From contig CAYZUS010000011.1 of the NCBI GenBank assembly GCA_964481885.1, forward strand, positions 1 to 34,368: a DNA stretch of 34,368 nucleotides, given 5' to 3'. The notes beneath the pieces were generated by a model. That model saw nothing but the letters and a program-made list of their open reading frames with translations. It had not been told where the DNA came from and ran no database searches. A program made the position numbers and the translations under genes. The DNA comes from an uncultured Actinomycetota bacterium. GTDB taxonomy: Bacteria > Actinomycetota > Humimicrobiia > Humimicrobiales > Humimicrobiaceae. Positions 9,301 to 18,188 of this stretch are shown here, in pieces. Positions within the stretch are counted from its first letter, which is position 1. Each line of letters opens with the position of its first letter.

Positions 9301-9898
9301 CGGCTGTAATGTCAAACACTTCCAGAACATCGCCCTTGAATGCAAATTCGCCCTTGTCAAATACCTTATTTACTCTTTGGTATCCTGACTTTGCAAGAGC
9401 CGATATAAGCTCTTCTCTCTTGTAATCCTTTTTTAATTTTATTGCCAGGCCCTCTTCTTTTAAAATCTTTTCAGCCGGCAGCTTGTCAAGGACGGAATTA
9501 CCTGTTGCGATAATTATAAAGGGGGAGGAGCTTCTGTTGTAGTCTTTGAGAGCCTTGAATGCCTCAAGCCGTAAGGAAATATTATCTGAAGAGACTGTTT
9601 TTCTTTTTGAAAAAATATTTGTTCCCATTCCGGGATACTGATAGACAGCAGTTCCTGAATCCAGGGATTTTATTTCCCTGCCAAGCTCGCCGGCTCTGTC
9701 TGAAGTAGACACAAGCACCATTACAGGAACCTTAAAGTGTTTGAAAAACGCAGATATAATGTATGGCCAGACATCTTCATCGCTTACAATACCATATTGT
9801 CCGCTTACGCCCTTGGCGCATGATAAAGCTTCTGTATAATCTTTTATGAACTTTTGCCAGTTATTTTCCTGGGCAAACTTATTTATAAAAAGCATCAA
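6323..9898 (-). CDS. mfd: Transcription-repair coupling factor Mfd
   Basis: UvrB-like module, RID (GDYVVHKTHGIG), GDVGFGKT, DEEQRFG, SATPIPRT, QIRGRVGR, TRG motif DLELRGAG, C-terminal TRCF domain. Confidence 0.97.
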   Translation of the reverse strand: MMLFINKFAQENNWQKFIKDYTEALSCAKGVSGQYGIVSDEDVWPYIISAFFKHFKVPVMVLVSTSDRAGELGREIKSLDSGTAVYQYPGMGTNIFSKRKTVSSDNISLRLEAFKALKDYNRSSSPFIIIATGNSVLDKLPAEKILKEEGLAIKLKKDYKREELISALAKSGYQRVNKVFDKGEFAFKGDVLEVFDITAANPVRIDFFGNTVERIFIYDTGDQKIYANIREVSIFPNTDILGENSGDERLMDDRSIGSENGEIPVKAEAAEKLSLPAFISACIDEYALIVCDPVETTLKIKSDLDIIYKSLEVPDQSRDQAVFRNDQKNPAAVRKKEESYIVKNFIDEDFLEEGDVKKIKYKLDLLSLRMESTGANIFSFDDITRQKKSFGNSEIFIQNLKKDIKNKKIPVISLKNRKRLEKISGILVDNGISFENFFDKSGNAGDGVAAFYRGEAEAEGAGDAGGGMAAHGDRAVEFYPGRANMFDMDLLGGYQSKNISLYGELDIYEQLEYGAEQKNRVEKRAEDFEQGDYVVHKTHGIGKYLEIISEQVNGNKREYFLIEYSNNDRLYVPTWQSDRIHKYIGDSSPTVSALNSKQWENLTKKVRASVHKLAVDLAALYAVRNSAQGFAFGPDSVWQKEMEDLFPFVETADQEKAINYVKALMENLKPMDVLVCGDVGFGKTEVAVRAVFKAIENGKQVMMLVPTTILADQHFRTFSERYKNFPVMVDVISRFRSSSQQKKIIEDFADGKIDMLIGTHRLLSKDVVPKDLGLIVVDEEQRFGVNTKEKIKLLKKEVDVLTLSATPIPRTLYMSLTGIRDIVLIETFPSGRFPIETFVGEKSDNVIKMAIEREKARGGQIYYVHNRIRDIQEKQYKLKVLIPEARIALTHGRMEGREIEKIMKDFLDKKYDILLTTSIIESGMDISNVNTLIVEDSHRFGLSQLYQIRGRVGRSSEKAYAYLFYPSRKFLNLAAFQRLKTLAEYTELGSGYRIAMKDLELRGAGELLGAKQSGHINSVGFDMYCQIIKEEVDRLKGELVPEDITVQIELPFSAYIPRNFVRNEKERINIYKALGNVKTQAQAGEIESKIQERYGSIPEVLLNLIKISRLKQIAKKAQIEQIVFSKYKGIIFRKLNYTPEKARLLIIKNPRLVYIYKNREVIVRNSDKDISLDLVLSCLKEISIIGQSLVT

Positions 9899-9925
9899 GC
9901 AACCTCAATGGCCCATTTTTTACTT

Positions 9926-10498
9926 TCAGGGTGTTTTTGGCTGATTGTATTTATTCATCACATATTCAATTGCATGCCCGGTATAATCCTGTACAGCCTC
10001 ACAAGCCAGGCCAAGCGTCAGGTCGAGTTCCTTTCGCTCACTTTTTTTGAACTTTGACAGTACAAAATCTGCCGGGTCCATTTGGCCCGGAGGCCTTCCA
10101 ACTCCAATGCGAAGCCTGTCAAAATCAGCCCTGCCCAGACTTTTTATGATTGACTCAAGACCATTGTGCCCACCTGTACCACCACCGCTTTTTAACCTTA
10201 TCCTGCCAAATTCAATATCCAGATCATCATGAATGACAAGAATTTTTTCAAGAACATCTTCAAAATGTTTTGCCGCGCCTGCAACGGTAACGCCGCTTAG
10301 GTTCATGAAAGTATTTGGCCTGATAAAAAGGATTTCTTTATCGGAAAGCTTTTGTCTGTAGATCGATCCGCTGAATTTGGATAATGGTTTTGGATTATCG
10401 TAAATCTCAAGAAGTCTGTCAAGCAAGACAAATCCTGCATTATGCCTTGTATCCTGATATTCTTTGCCGGGGTTTCCCAGTCCAACAATAAATATCAT
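9926..10498 (-). CDS. pth: Peptidyl-tRNA hydrolase
   Basis: VGLGNPG, TRHNAGF, FMNLSG, HDDLD, GGHNGL and RLRIGVGRP motifs. Confidence 0.97.
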   Translation of the reverse strand: MIFIVGLGNPGKEYQDTRHNAGFVLLDRLLEIYDNPKPLSKFSGSIYRQKLSDKEILFIRPNTFMNLSGVTVAGAAKHFEDVLEKILVIHDDLDIEFGRIRLKSGGGTGGHNGLESIIKSLGRADFDRLRIGVGRPPGQMDPADFVLSKFKKSERKELDLTLGLACEAVQDYTGHAIEYVMNKYNQPKTP

Positions 10499-10540
10499 AT
10501 TATTTCTTCTTTAATTACAGTATTTGACTTTAACAGCTTA

Positions 10541-11215
10541 TTACTCTTTTTCAGCAGCCTTTTTACCGGTCAGTACTACTGGCTCTGCTGCATCTGCTCC
10601 TTCACTTGCAGCTGCGAGGGTCTGTTCTGCTTCAGCATGTGGATGAACTATCGCAACAATTACTTCTTCAGGGCTGTTTAGTACTTTAATTCCTTCTTTT
10701 AAAACAAGGTCAGATACCCTTATTATGTGGCCAATCGAAAGGTTCCTGATATCATATTCAATTTTATCAGGTATGTCTGAAGGCAGGCAGATAATGTGGA
10801 GTTCCCTTACACCATGTTGAACAACCCCATTTTCCATTTTTACACCCACAGATGATTCCTCATTTATGATTGAAACATGGACAGTGGCTTCAACTTCTGT
10901 TTTCATCTCAATACGCATAAAATCTATATGAAGATACTCCAAATTCATTGGATTTTGCTGAACTTCTTTAATAAGAGCGGTCTCTTTTTTTTCTTTTCCG
11001 TCTGCTTTTACATGCATTTCAAGAATAATATTATTCATGCTTTTGCCTTTTATAATTTCCTTAAATTCGGAACGGCTGAATTTAATATTTAAAGGTTCCT
11101 TTGACTGTCCATAAATTGTCCCCGGAATAAAACCGGCGGCCCTGAGCCTCCCGGAAGCACTTCTTTTTAATTCGTCATTGTTTCTTTTTTCAGCTTTAAT
11201 AGCTATATTGCTCAT
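10541..11215 (-). CDS. rplY: 50S ribosomal protein L25 / Ctc (long form)
   Basis: RLRAAGFIPGTIYG and HIDF motifs plus C-terminal Ctc domain. Lies between prs and pth. Confidence 0.93.
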   Translation of the reverse strand: MSNIAIKAEKRNNDELKRSASGRLRAAGFIPGTIYGQSKEPLNIKFSRSEFKEIIKGKSMNNIILEMHVKADGKEKKETALIKEVQQNPMNLEYLHIDFMRIEMKTEVEATVHVSIINEESSVGVKMENGVVQHGVRELHIICLPSDIPDKIEYDIRNLSIGHIIRVSDLVLKEGIKVLNSPEEVIVAIVHPHAEAEQTLAAASEGADAAEPVVLTGKKAAEKE

Positions 11216-11277
11216 TTCAAAACCACCTTTAAATTTCTATTTATCCAATTAATACACTTTTTATAAAAAAAATTATT

Positions 11278-12246
11278 TTAAACAAGATTTTCGCCCTTGA
11301 ATAACTCGCTGACAGATTTGCAATCATAAACCTTTTTAATTGTTTTTGCAAGAAGGCTGGCAATTGAAACAACCTTGATTCTTGAACTGTCAAAAGGTTT
11401 GTTTATTGTAAGAGTATCAGCTACCACGATTTCTGCAGCATTGGAATTCTGCAGGGTTTCTATAGCCTTACCGCTGAAAATAGGGTGGGTAGCGCCTACA
11501 AAAACGCGTTTTGCATTAAAGTTCAGCAGCATATCAATGGCTTCACATATAGTTCCGCCAGTATCTATCATGTCATCAAAGATAATGGCATCTTTACCAG
11601 CAACATCCCCGACAAGATGATCGATTTTTGCCATGTTGGGACCAGGTCTTATTTTGTCAAGTATGGCGAGCGGGAAATGAAGCTGGCTCGCAAATATGCT
11701 TGCCCTTTTTACGCCACCGACATCAGGGCTCACAACAACTCCATCTTTTATATCCTTTAATTTAAAATAATTTGCAATAATCGGTATAGCGGTAATATGG
11801 TCCACAGGGATATCAAAAAACCCCTGAATGGTTGCAGTATGGAGATCTGAAACAATAAGCCTGTCCATTCCCGCAACAGTTAAAAGGTCCGCAACAAGCT
11901 TTGCTGTTATAGGCTCCCTGCCTTCCGCTTTCTTGTCCTGCCTGGCATAAGGAAAATGAGGAACCACACAGTTTATCATTCCGGCAGAAGCGCGCTTCAG
12001 GGCATCTATCATAATAAGAAGTTCCATGAGATTATAATTAACAGGGTCCCCGCAGGACTGAATAAGGAAAACATCGGCCCCCCTTACGCTCTCGTCAAAC
12101 CTGATATATATTTCACCATTTTTAAACTTCCTTCGCGTTACCGCTCCAAGCTGCATGCCCAGGTGGCCGGCGATTTTCTCTGATAGCTCCAGGTTGGCAG
12201 AACCTGAAAATAGAAGCATTCTTTTATTGCCTGAGTAATCCGTCAT
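11278..12246 (-). CDS. prs: Ribose-phosphate pyrophosphokinase
   Basis: FKNGE, YARQDKK, DLH, VSPDVGG, DDMIDTGGT and ATH motifs. Confidence 0.97.
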   Translation of the reverse strand: MTDYSGNKRMLLFSGSANLELSEKIAGHLGMQLGAVTRRKFKNGEIYIRFDESVRGADVFLIQSCGDPVNYNLMELLIMIDALKRASAGMINCVVPHFPYARQDKKAEGREPITAKLVADLLTVAGMDRLIVSDLHTATIQGFFDIPVDHITAIPIIANYFKLKDIKDGVVVSPDVGGVKRASIFASQLHFPLAILDKIRPGPNMAKIDHLVGDVAGKDAIIFDDMIDTGGTICEAIDMLLNFNAKRVFVGATHPIFSGKAIETLQNSNAAEIVVADTLTINKPFDSSRIKVVSIASLLAKTIKKVYDCKSVSELFKGENLV

Positions 12247-12457
12247 TAATGTTCTCCCCCTGCTACAAAAATATTTATTTACTGTGTTCTTTAATACTTC
12301 TCCACAAATTGTTCAAATAAAGCTATATGTAAATCATTTAGACCGGTTATCCGCTTCTCTGAAGCACCCGCTGCATGTTGCGGCCGAAAAGAATTTTTAC
12401 CCTGCCATAATCCCGGATACAGTCCTAACCCAGGCAATATCAGATACCCGCAGTAAT

Positions 12458-13900
12458 TCAGTGTTTCTCACTCTGCGAGATTTGCTGAAGTTTTTGTTTT
12501 TCCTTTTTCTCCCTGAACTTTATGGCTCCCGATTCGATATTTGCCTGTTTGCATCTTTCTATGGCGAGGCAATCAGCAGGAACATCCTCAACTATAGATG
12601 AGCCTGCTGCAGTTATGGCTCCCTTTCCTATCCTGACCGGCGCAACAAGCATTGTATCGGAACCGATAAAGACTCCATCTTCAATTACTGTCTTGTTCTT
12701 TAAAAATCCATCGTAGTTGCATGTGATCGTACCTGCACCAATATTTACACCGGTTCCAATCTGTGCATCACCAATATAGCTTAAGTGCGGTACTTTACTG
12801 CCATTTGAGATCTTTGACTTCTTGATCTCGCAGCATGCACCAATCTTTACATTATCACCGGTTTCTGTACCGGGCCTTACATAACTTGTCGGGCCAATGT
12901 TGTTAAAACTGCCGATTATGGCGCCCTGCAGTACTGATTTGTTTATTTTTGTCCCAGAACCTATTGTGCAGTCTTCAATCTGTGTGAAAGGACCTATAAT
13001 GCAGTTCCGGCCTATCTTTGTATCTCCCTTTATCAGGCATGATGGTTCTATTGTTGTGTCCTGCCCTATTTGCACTTCGGGCCCTACAAATGACGTTCCG
13101 GAATCTTTAAAAGTCACTCCTGCAAGCATATGTCCAAGGTTTATTCTTTCCTGCATCGCTTTTTCAAGAAATGCAAGGTCTGACCTGTCATTTATGCCTT
13201 CCACTTCAAGAGAGTTTTTAACAGCAAAACCCTGCACCCTCCTGCCACTTTTAACAAGATTTTCGACAATGTCTGTCAGGTAAAACTCTTTTTGTGAATT
13301 ATCAGAACCTATGTTTTCCAGGAATTCAAATAAAAGGGTCTTTTTAAAACAATATACTGAAGTATTTATCTCATTAACAAGCTTTTCTTCTTCAGATGCA
13401 TCTTTCTGCTCAACAATTTTTACTATATTACCGCCAGTATCCCTGATTATCCTTCCGTATCCGGAAGGATCTCTGACAAAAGCCGTCAAAAGCACTGCTG
13501 AATTTTTATGCTCGTCTCTGGTATTGCCGCCGGTTACAGCCTGAAGGGTTTCAGGTAAAATCATTGGGATGTCTCCGGGCAGAATCAGACAATTATCGGA
13601 AAGTTCTTCGAAATATTTTTTTACTGACCTGACAGCATGCGCCGTGCCAAGCTGGTTGTCCTGCCGCACGGCCACTGCATCAGGAAAATCATTGCTTAAA
13701 AACTGTCTGACCAACTCTTCTTTGTGGCCCACCACAACAAAAATATTTTTAAGTTTAAGCGCTGACAGTGATTTTAAAATATAATAAAGGATAGGTTTAA
13801 AACAAACCTGATGAAGAACTTTCGGTATTTCTGACTTCATCCTCTTTCCCAAACCTGCCGCTAGAACTATGGCACTGAGGTTTTTATTTTCGCTATCCAA
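12458..13900 (-). CDS. glmU: Bifunctional UDP-GlcNAc pyrophosphorylase / GlcN-1-P acetyltransferase
   Basis: LAAGLGKRMKS..PKVLH, QLGTAHA, GYGRI, EFYLTD, hexapeptide repeats, HLSYIGDA, TCNYDG. Confidence 0.97.
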   Translation of the reverse strand: MDSENKNLSAIVLAAGLGKRMKSEIPKVLHQVCFKPILYYILKSLSALKLKNIFVVVGHKEELVRQFLSNDFPDAVAVRQDNQLGTAHAVRSVKKYFEELSDNCLILPGDIPMILPETLQAVTGGNTRDEHKNSAVLLTAFVRDPSGYGRIIRDTGGNIVKIVEQKDASEEEKLVNEINTSVYCFKKTLLFEFLENIGSDNSQKEFYLTDIVENLVKSGRRVQGFAVKNSLEVEGINDRSDLAFLEKAMQERINLGHMLAGVTFKDSGTSFVGPEVQIGQDTTIEPSCLIKGDTKIGRNCIIGPFTQIEDCTIGSGTKINKSVLQGAIIGSFNNIGPTSYVRPGTETGDNVKIGACCEIKKSKISNGSKVPHLSYIGDAQIGTGVNIGAGTITCNYDGFLKNKTVIEDGVFIGSDTMLVAPVRIGKGAITAAGSSIVEDVPADCLAIERCKQANIESGAIKFREKKEKQKLQQISQSEKH

Positions 13901-14201
13901 TAATTTTACCGCCTGTCACTTCACTCGAGATTAAATTAAAATTTTCATTAAAAAAAGCAGTAAGATAAACAAGATTATTGCATTTGCTTCCAAGGATTTC
14001 TTTTCTTACATAGAATACCGACCCTGCGGGTCCGCCGTCTTCCTCGTAAACCCTGGATATATCACTGGCGGTCCTTATTTTTACCGTTATTTCCTCACTG
14101 CACCTGTTGCACTGTACCACAAAGCTAACAGTTCCCTGACCTCCCTGCGGCTGAACAGGACCTGTGAAAAAGTTTTTTAAATTGTCTAACAATCTGCCCA
14201 T
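13893..14201 (-). CDS. Small hypothetical protein with CxxC plus a distal Cys (possible metal-binding)
   Basis: 102-aa ORF with ATG start and CNRC...SKC. Overlaps the glmU start by 8 nt. Confidence 0.7.
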   Translation of the reverse strand: MGRLLDNLKNFFTGPVQPQGGQGTVSFVVQCNRCSEEITVKIRTASDISRVYEEDGGPAGSVFYVRKEILGSKCNNLVYLTAFFNENFNLISSEVTGGKIIG

Positions 14202-14471
14202 TTAATTTATCATTTTATCAAATTTTCGAATACATGTTAAACACAAATTTGATATAGATTTTCAGGACAGGCAGCAAATCTCCTTAAAATGGATTTTTTA
14301 AGCAAGGCTGCCGGTACATTTTAAAAATTTTTAAATATTAGATTTTAAAACTACTGCACAATGCTATCATTAATAATATAATTGTTTACCGGTGCGTGAC
14401 TTGGCTGTAGGAACAAATAGTTGGTATTATTCGGCCAGTGTTTTTATTGAATATTTAAATACAGGATTTAA

Positions 14472-15566
14472 TTGAGAATCTTCAATATGAGTAACAAATT
14501 AAACCAGATTCTTTATCTTTCAAAGTTTGCAGTTCAAAGCAGAATAAAAAAAGAATACAGGAAACCTTTGCTGTGCAGCTTTAAGATTACCGGCAACTGC
14601 AATTTAAAATGTGTGCACTGTCCGTTCTGGAGAGATGGCTCAAAGAACTCAATTGATTTACCTGGCTCACCAAATGCTCCCGGCCCGCCGTGCCTTCCAA
14701 ACTCGCCCGGCCCGCCAAACCTTCCATTTTCATCAAGCTCAATTGGCTCGCAAAATTCACAAAGTTTAACGAACTTTCGCGGCCCACTGCTCTCTCATGG
14801 CTCAACAAACCCGCTTGACTTTGAAAATGTAGTGCGAATCCTGGACCATCTTTATTCTGAAGGGGTAAGGATCATGATTTTTGAAGGTGGCGAGCCACTT
14901 TTATGGAAAGATGACAAAAAAGCAAAAGGCATAAATGATGTAATAGAATATGCAAAAAAGCTTTTCTTTTTTACGGGTGTAACCACTAACGGAACAATGG
15001 ATATTGGGAGTTTAAGGCCTGACATTTTCTTTATAAGTATCGACGGTCTTGCAGAAACACACAACAGGCTGAGGGGTGGAAGTTTTGATGCCATAATGAA
15101 AAATATCGAAAAAAATCACTCGAGCAGAAAAATAGTTGCAAACATCTGTATATCCTCAGAAAATGCAAGTGAAATTGAGGAGCTTGTGAAATTCTTAAAT
15201 GGTAAAGTATATGGAATAACCATTCAGTTTTTCTATCCCTATGAAAGTGTCGAAAATATAAAAATTGGCAATCGTGAAAAAAGCGAGCTCCTCGATAAAC
15301 TAATAGGCTTAAAAAGACAGGGGCTGAGGCTTCTTAATTCCATATCCTGCATGAAAATGATGATGAATAATACCTGGAAATGCGATGATTTTCTTGTAGC
15401 AAATGTTGAGCAGGATGGCCGAATAAGCTGCGGCTGCTACCTTAAAAACAAGACCCCAAAAGTTCTTTGCAGGGATTGCGGTTTTACAGTGCACTGTGAG
15501 ATATCGCTCGCCTACAGATTTAATATCGATGCTATTAAAAGCGCTGCCGGGATATTCTGGGGTTAA
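14472..15566 (+). CDS. Radical SAM protein with C-terminal Cys-rich (SPASM/twitch-like) region
   Basis: CxxxCxxC (CNLKCVHC), GGEP, TTNG, ISIDG and C-terminal WKC...GCYL...CRDCGF. The true start may be ATG 14487. Confidence 0.88.
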   Translation: MRIFNMSNKLNQILYLSKFAVQSRIKKEYRKPLLCSFKITGNCNLKCVHCPFWRDGSKNSIDLPGSPNAPGPPCLPNSPGPPNLPFSSSSIGSQNSQSLTNFRGPLLSHGSTNPLDFENVVRILDHLYSEGVRIMIFEGGEPLLWKDDKKAKGINDVIEYAKKLFFFTGVTTNGTMDIGSLRPDIFFISIDGLAETHNRLRGGSFDAIMKNIEKNHSSRKIVANICISSENASEIEELVKFLNGKVYGITIQFFYPYESVENIKIGNREKSELLDKLIGLKRQGLRLLNSISCMKMMMNNTWKCDDFLVANVEQDGRISCGCYLKNKTPKVLCRDCGFTVHCEISLAYRFNIDAIKSAAGIFWG

Positions 15567-15623
15567 TTATAAGATCAGAATTCCTTAAGGGTTAACGGCA
15601 ATACAGTGCTGTTTGCTGTAATA

Positions 15624-15750
15624 TTGTTTCGGGCTTGTTTAACAATATTATTGGTCCGGGCTTGCTTAAGACTTTTTGTTCCGGGCTTGTTTAACAATAT
15701 TATTGTTCCGGGCTTGCTTAAGACTTTTTGGTCCGGGCTTGCTTAAAATA
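15624..15750. repeat. Higher-order tandem repeat of alternating 27-bp and 25-bp units (52-bp period)
   Basis: Unit A TTGTT(T/C)CGGGCTTGTTTAACAATATTA at 15624 and 15676; unit B TTG(G/T)TCCGGGCTTGCTTAAGACTTT at 15651 and 15703; partial fifth unit at 15728. Confidence 0.92.
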
Positions 15751-15763
15751 TCATGGATCACTG

Positions 15764-16711
15764 TCATTGTATTGTATCAAGCTCTTTGTTTCCAAGAAAT
15801 GGGATAAAGCCATATTTTGCTGAAAACTCCAGAAATTTATTTTTTGTTACTTCATTTTTGGCATAACATATAACAAAAACAAACTTTCCGCTTTGCTTTA
15901 TCCGTGAAAGGTATTTTAAAGCCAAATCAGTTTCAGTCTTGCTTACTACAATATCATCTGCAAACCAAATGTCTTCCCTGCCGGTCCCATCAATCGACTT
16001 CAGGTATATGCTGTCTGTTGAAAGCTTCTCTGCATTTTGAGGTATTATCAAAAAATCTTCTTTGGCTGACTTTGCCCGATTTGAAATGCTGTATATAAAA
16101 TTTATCATCTCAATGCCTGCAAAAGCATATCCTCTGCACTGATAATACTGGTATGCGTCAACCACGTCCAGATAAACACCGTTATAGCCAGTTTTTACAA
16201 TTTCATCGAGTCTTTTATAAATTATTTCCTGCCATTGCCTGTCCCAAAATTTAACCTTATAGTTGCCGTCCCAGTCAGGATTTTCCTCATCAATAAAAAA
16301 AGGGTTTCCTGCACTCCAGCTTGCCTTCCAGTATGATCTGTAATCTTCTGCCTCCCCGATACTTAAATATGCAATTATTTTCTTGCCCTGCTTTTGAAGG
16401 GAGGTAAGGTTTTTGGTTGTAAGCCTGCTGTCGTCAGGGTCAACTACAGCAACATCAAAATCTGTTTTTAGAAGCTGCTTTACCCCCGCTTTTTGAAGTA
16501 CGTAAATAAGCTTGCTGTCGTCAGCAAAAGCAGGCACATCACTGGAGCCTGAATATGAATTCCAGTCATCTGTTAAAAAATATGGCAGGAAGCCTTCCGC
16601 TGCAATAAAAATAATAATCATTAGAAGGGCCATTAAAAACAGTGATGCGGGCTTTTTAAACTTCATAATATTTTTAATATTCTTTTTAATCGTTTTTATT
16701 GTTCCCGACAT
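15764..16711 (-). CDS. pelA: PelA-type glycoside hydrolase (GH166/GH114-like, MJ1477/TM1410 family), putative alpha-1,4-(N-acetyl)galactosaminidase
   Basis: IAYLSIGEAEDYRSYW, GYNGVYLDVVDAY, IIPQN and REDIW motifs. N-terminal hydrophobic segment. Directly follows pelG. Confidence 0.82.
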   Translation of the reverse strand: MSGTIKTIKKNIKNIMKFKKPASLFLMALLMIIIFIAAEGFLPYFLTDDWNSYSGSSDVPAFADDSKLIYVLQKAGVKQLLKTDFDVAVVDPDDSRLTTKNLTSLQKQGKKIIAYLSIGEAEDYRSYWKASWSAGNPFFIDEENPDWDGNYKVKFWDRQWQEIIYKRLDEIVKTGYNGVYLDVVDAYQYYQCRGYAFAGIEMINFIYSISNRAKSAKEDFLIIPQNAEKLSTDSIYLKSIDGTGREDIWFADDIVVSKTETDLALKYLSRIKQSGKFVFVICYAKNEVTKNKFLEFSAKYGFIPFLGNKELDTIQ

Positions 16712-16716
16712 TCGGC

Positions 16717-18162
16717 TTAACGCCTGCCGGCAGGCGTAAGCGCATCCACCAATTTACCTAACGGTCCCTTTTTTTCTTTATATATAATTGGCTGCCCGCA
16801 GAAAGTATGGTAGTTTATGTTTTTAAGGTATACAAAAAGCTCAATGATTGCAAGGACCACGCCAACCAGAGCAGCAAGGAAAAATCCTAATCCATAGACA
16901 TTTTCAGAATAGTTCATTGACAGATAAGTAAAAACAGTACTGCTGACAAAAAAAGTTCCGGCCACAAAAAGTGCTCCCTTCCTGTCTTCAAAATAAAGCA
17001 GTAGAAGTATTATTATGAGCATGATTATATTAAAGTAAGCGCCAAGAGTAAGGAGGTTAAAAATATCTACAGAAAGCTGGGACAGTCCGATTCCAGGAAG
17101 CAGGTAATAACCGGCTGCAATAAAAACCAGCGAAAAAAACAGCTGCACTTCCATTATGTTCCTGATTTCAGACCAAAGGGTCCTTGTCATATCTTTTTTT
17201 GCATTCTCTATGTCTGTGAGATTACCTTTCCCGGTAATTAAGGTGTAGTATCCTTTATATTTGTCATAAAAAGATGTCTCAATCGATACCACAAAGATTA
17301 TCATTGAAGGCATGATGGATAAAAAAGCATAAAATGTGGGAACATCGTAAGTAGGAGCATATAAATATGTGCCGCCTATCATTACACCAAGCTCGCCCGT
17401 CCAGAACAGGAAGTTATGTATATAAAGTCCCATGGTGTAAAAAAAGGCAACAAAAAACAATGAGGGATATTTATCAAAGTGCCTTATAAATTCAAAATAT
17501 TTATTCACGGATTTTCCGAAGAAGTTTTTAAGATACACCATCAGGGAAACTATTATAATAAAGAAGCCAATATCCATCGCAAGCAGCAAACCGAAAACAG
17601 CCTGCAGGTTTGTAAACTTTAAAAAAACAAAAGAAAGCACCAGTATTGTACCTATTCCCCACAAAAAACTTTTTACTATCTTCATGTAATCTTTGAGAGT
17701 GGACAAATATTCCATCATGATAAAGACCATAACCAGCTCCATAAAAAGTAAATAGCTGACCAGTTTTATTTCAAACTGAAGCGGAGAATTCCAGAAAAAC
17801 AGGATTCCTGTAATTCCCGAAATCGGTATTACCGTACACAAAACTCCATAAAGTGATGGCATTATATACTCGAATTTTTCACTATAAAGCATATCAGCGA
17901 TAAATCTTGTAATGATCATTTTAAATCCACTGACTATTATCTGGGAAAAAATAAACGCATAAACAACTGAAGCAATAAACAGTTCCCTGTCCTTAAAAGA
18001 AATATCCATATATCCCAGGAATTGCATTATTGCCACAATTACTATAGTGCAAAGTATAAAAGGACCAAGGGAAACCAGCGCTGAATAAGCGTAGGCTCTT
18101 AAATTACTGAAAAATCCTGAACCTTTAAATAATTTTTTTAATTCAAATCCTATTCCTGCCAT
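16717..18162 (-). CDS. pelG: Pel polysaccharide transporter PelG
   Basis: Diagnostic MAGIGFELKKL N-terminus, about 12 TMs, TRFIAD, YDVP, ETSFY and LLYFED motifs. Confidence 0.95.
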   Translation of the reverse strand: MAGIGFELKKLFKGSGFFSNLRAYAYSALVSLGPFILCTIVIVAIMQFLGYMDISFKDRELFIASVVYAFIFSQIIVSGFKMIITRFIADMLYSEKFEYIMPSLYGVLCTVIPISGITGILFFWNSPLQFEIKLVSYLLFMELVMVFIMMEYLSTLKDYMKIVKSFLWGIGTILVLSFVFLKFTNLQAVFGLLLAMDIGFFIIIVSLMVYLKNFFGKSVNKYFEFIRHFDKYPSLFFVAFFYTMGLYIHNFLFWTGELGVMIGGTYLYAPTYDVPTFYAFLSIMPSMIIFVVSIETSFYDKYKGYYTLITGKGNLTDIENAKKDMTRTLWSEIRNIMEVQLFFSLVFIAAGYYLLPGIGLSQLSVDIFNLLTLGAYFNIIMLIIILLLLYFEDRKGALFVAGTFFVSSTVFTYLSMNYSENVYGLGFFLAALVGVVLAIIELFVYLKNINYHTFCGQPIIYKEKKGPLGKLVDALTPAGRR

Positions 18163-18188
18163 TTATGTCTGCCTCATCAATTGTTTTT

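Noticed and set aside
12284-12601. 105-aa plus-strand ORF across the glmU-prs spacer
   Set aside because: Antisense to the glmU 3' end, with no recognisable motif or SD.
14202-14471. tRNA-Gln or ncRNA upstream of the glmU operon; inverted repeat TATCAAATTT/AAATTTGATA (14216-14254)
   Set aside because: No cloverleaf or T-loop motif is present, and the inverted repeat is AT-rich and could be chance.
15624-15750. Possible CRISPR array
   Set aside because: Intervening sequences are only 6-9 nt and themselves repeat; there are no unique spacers and no cas genes.
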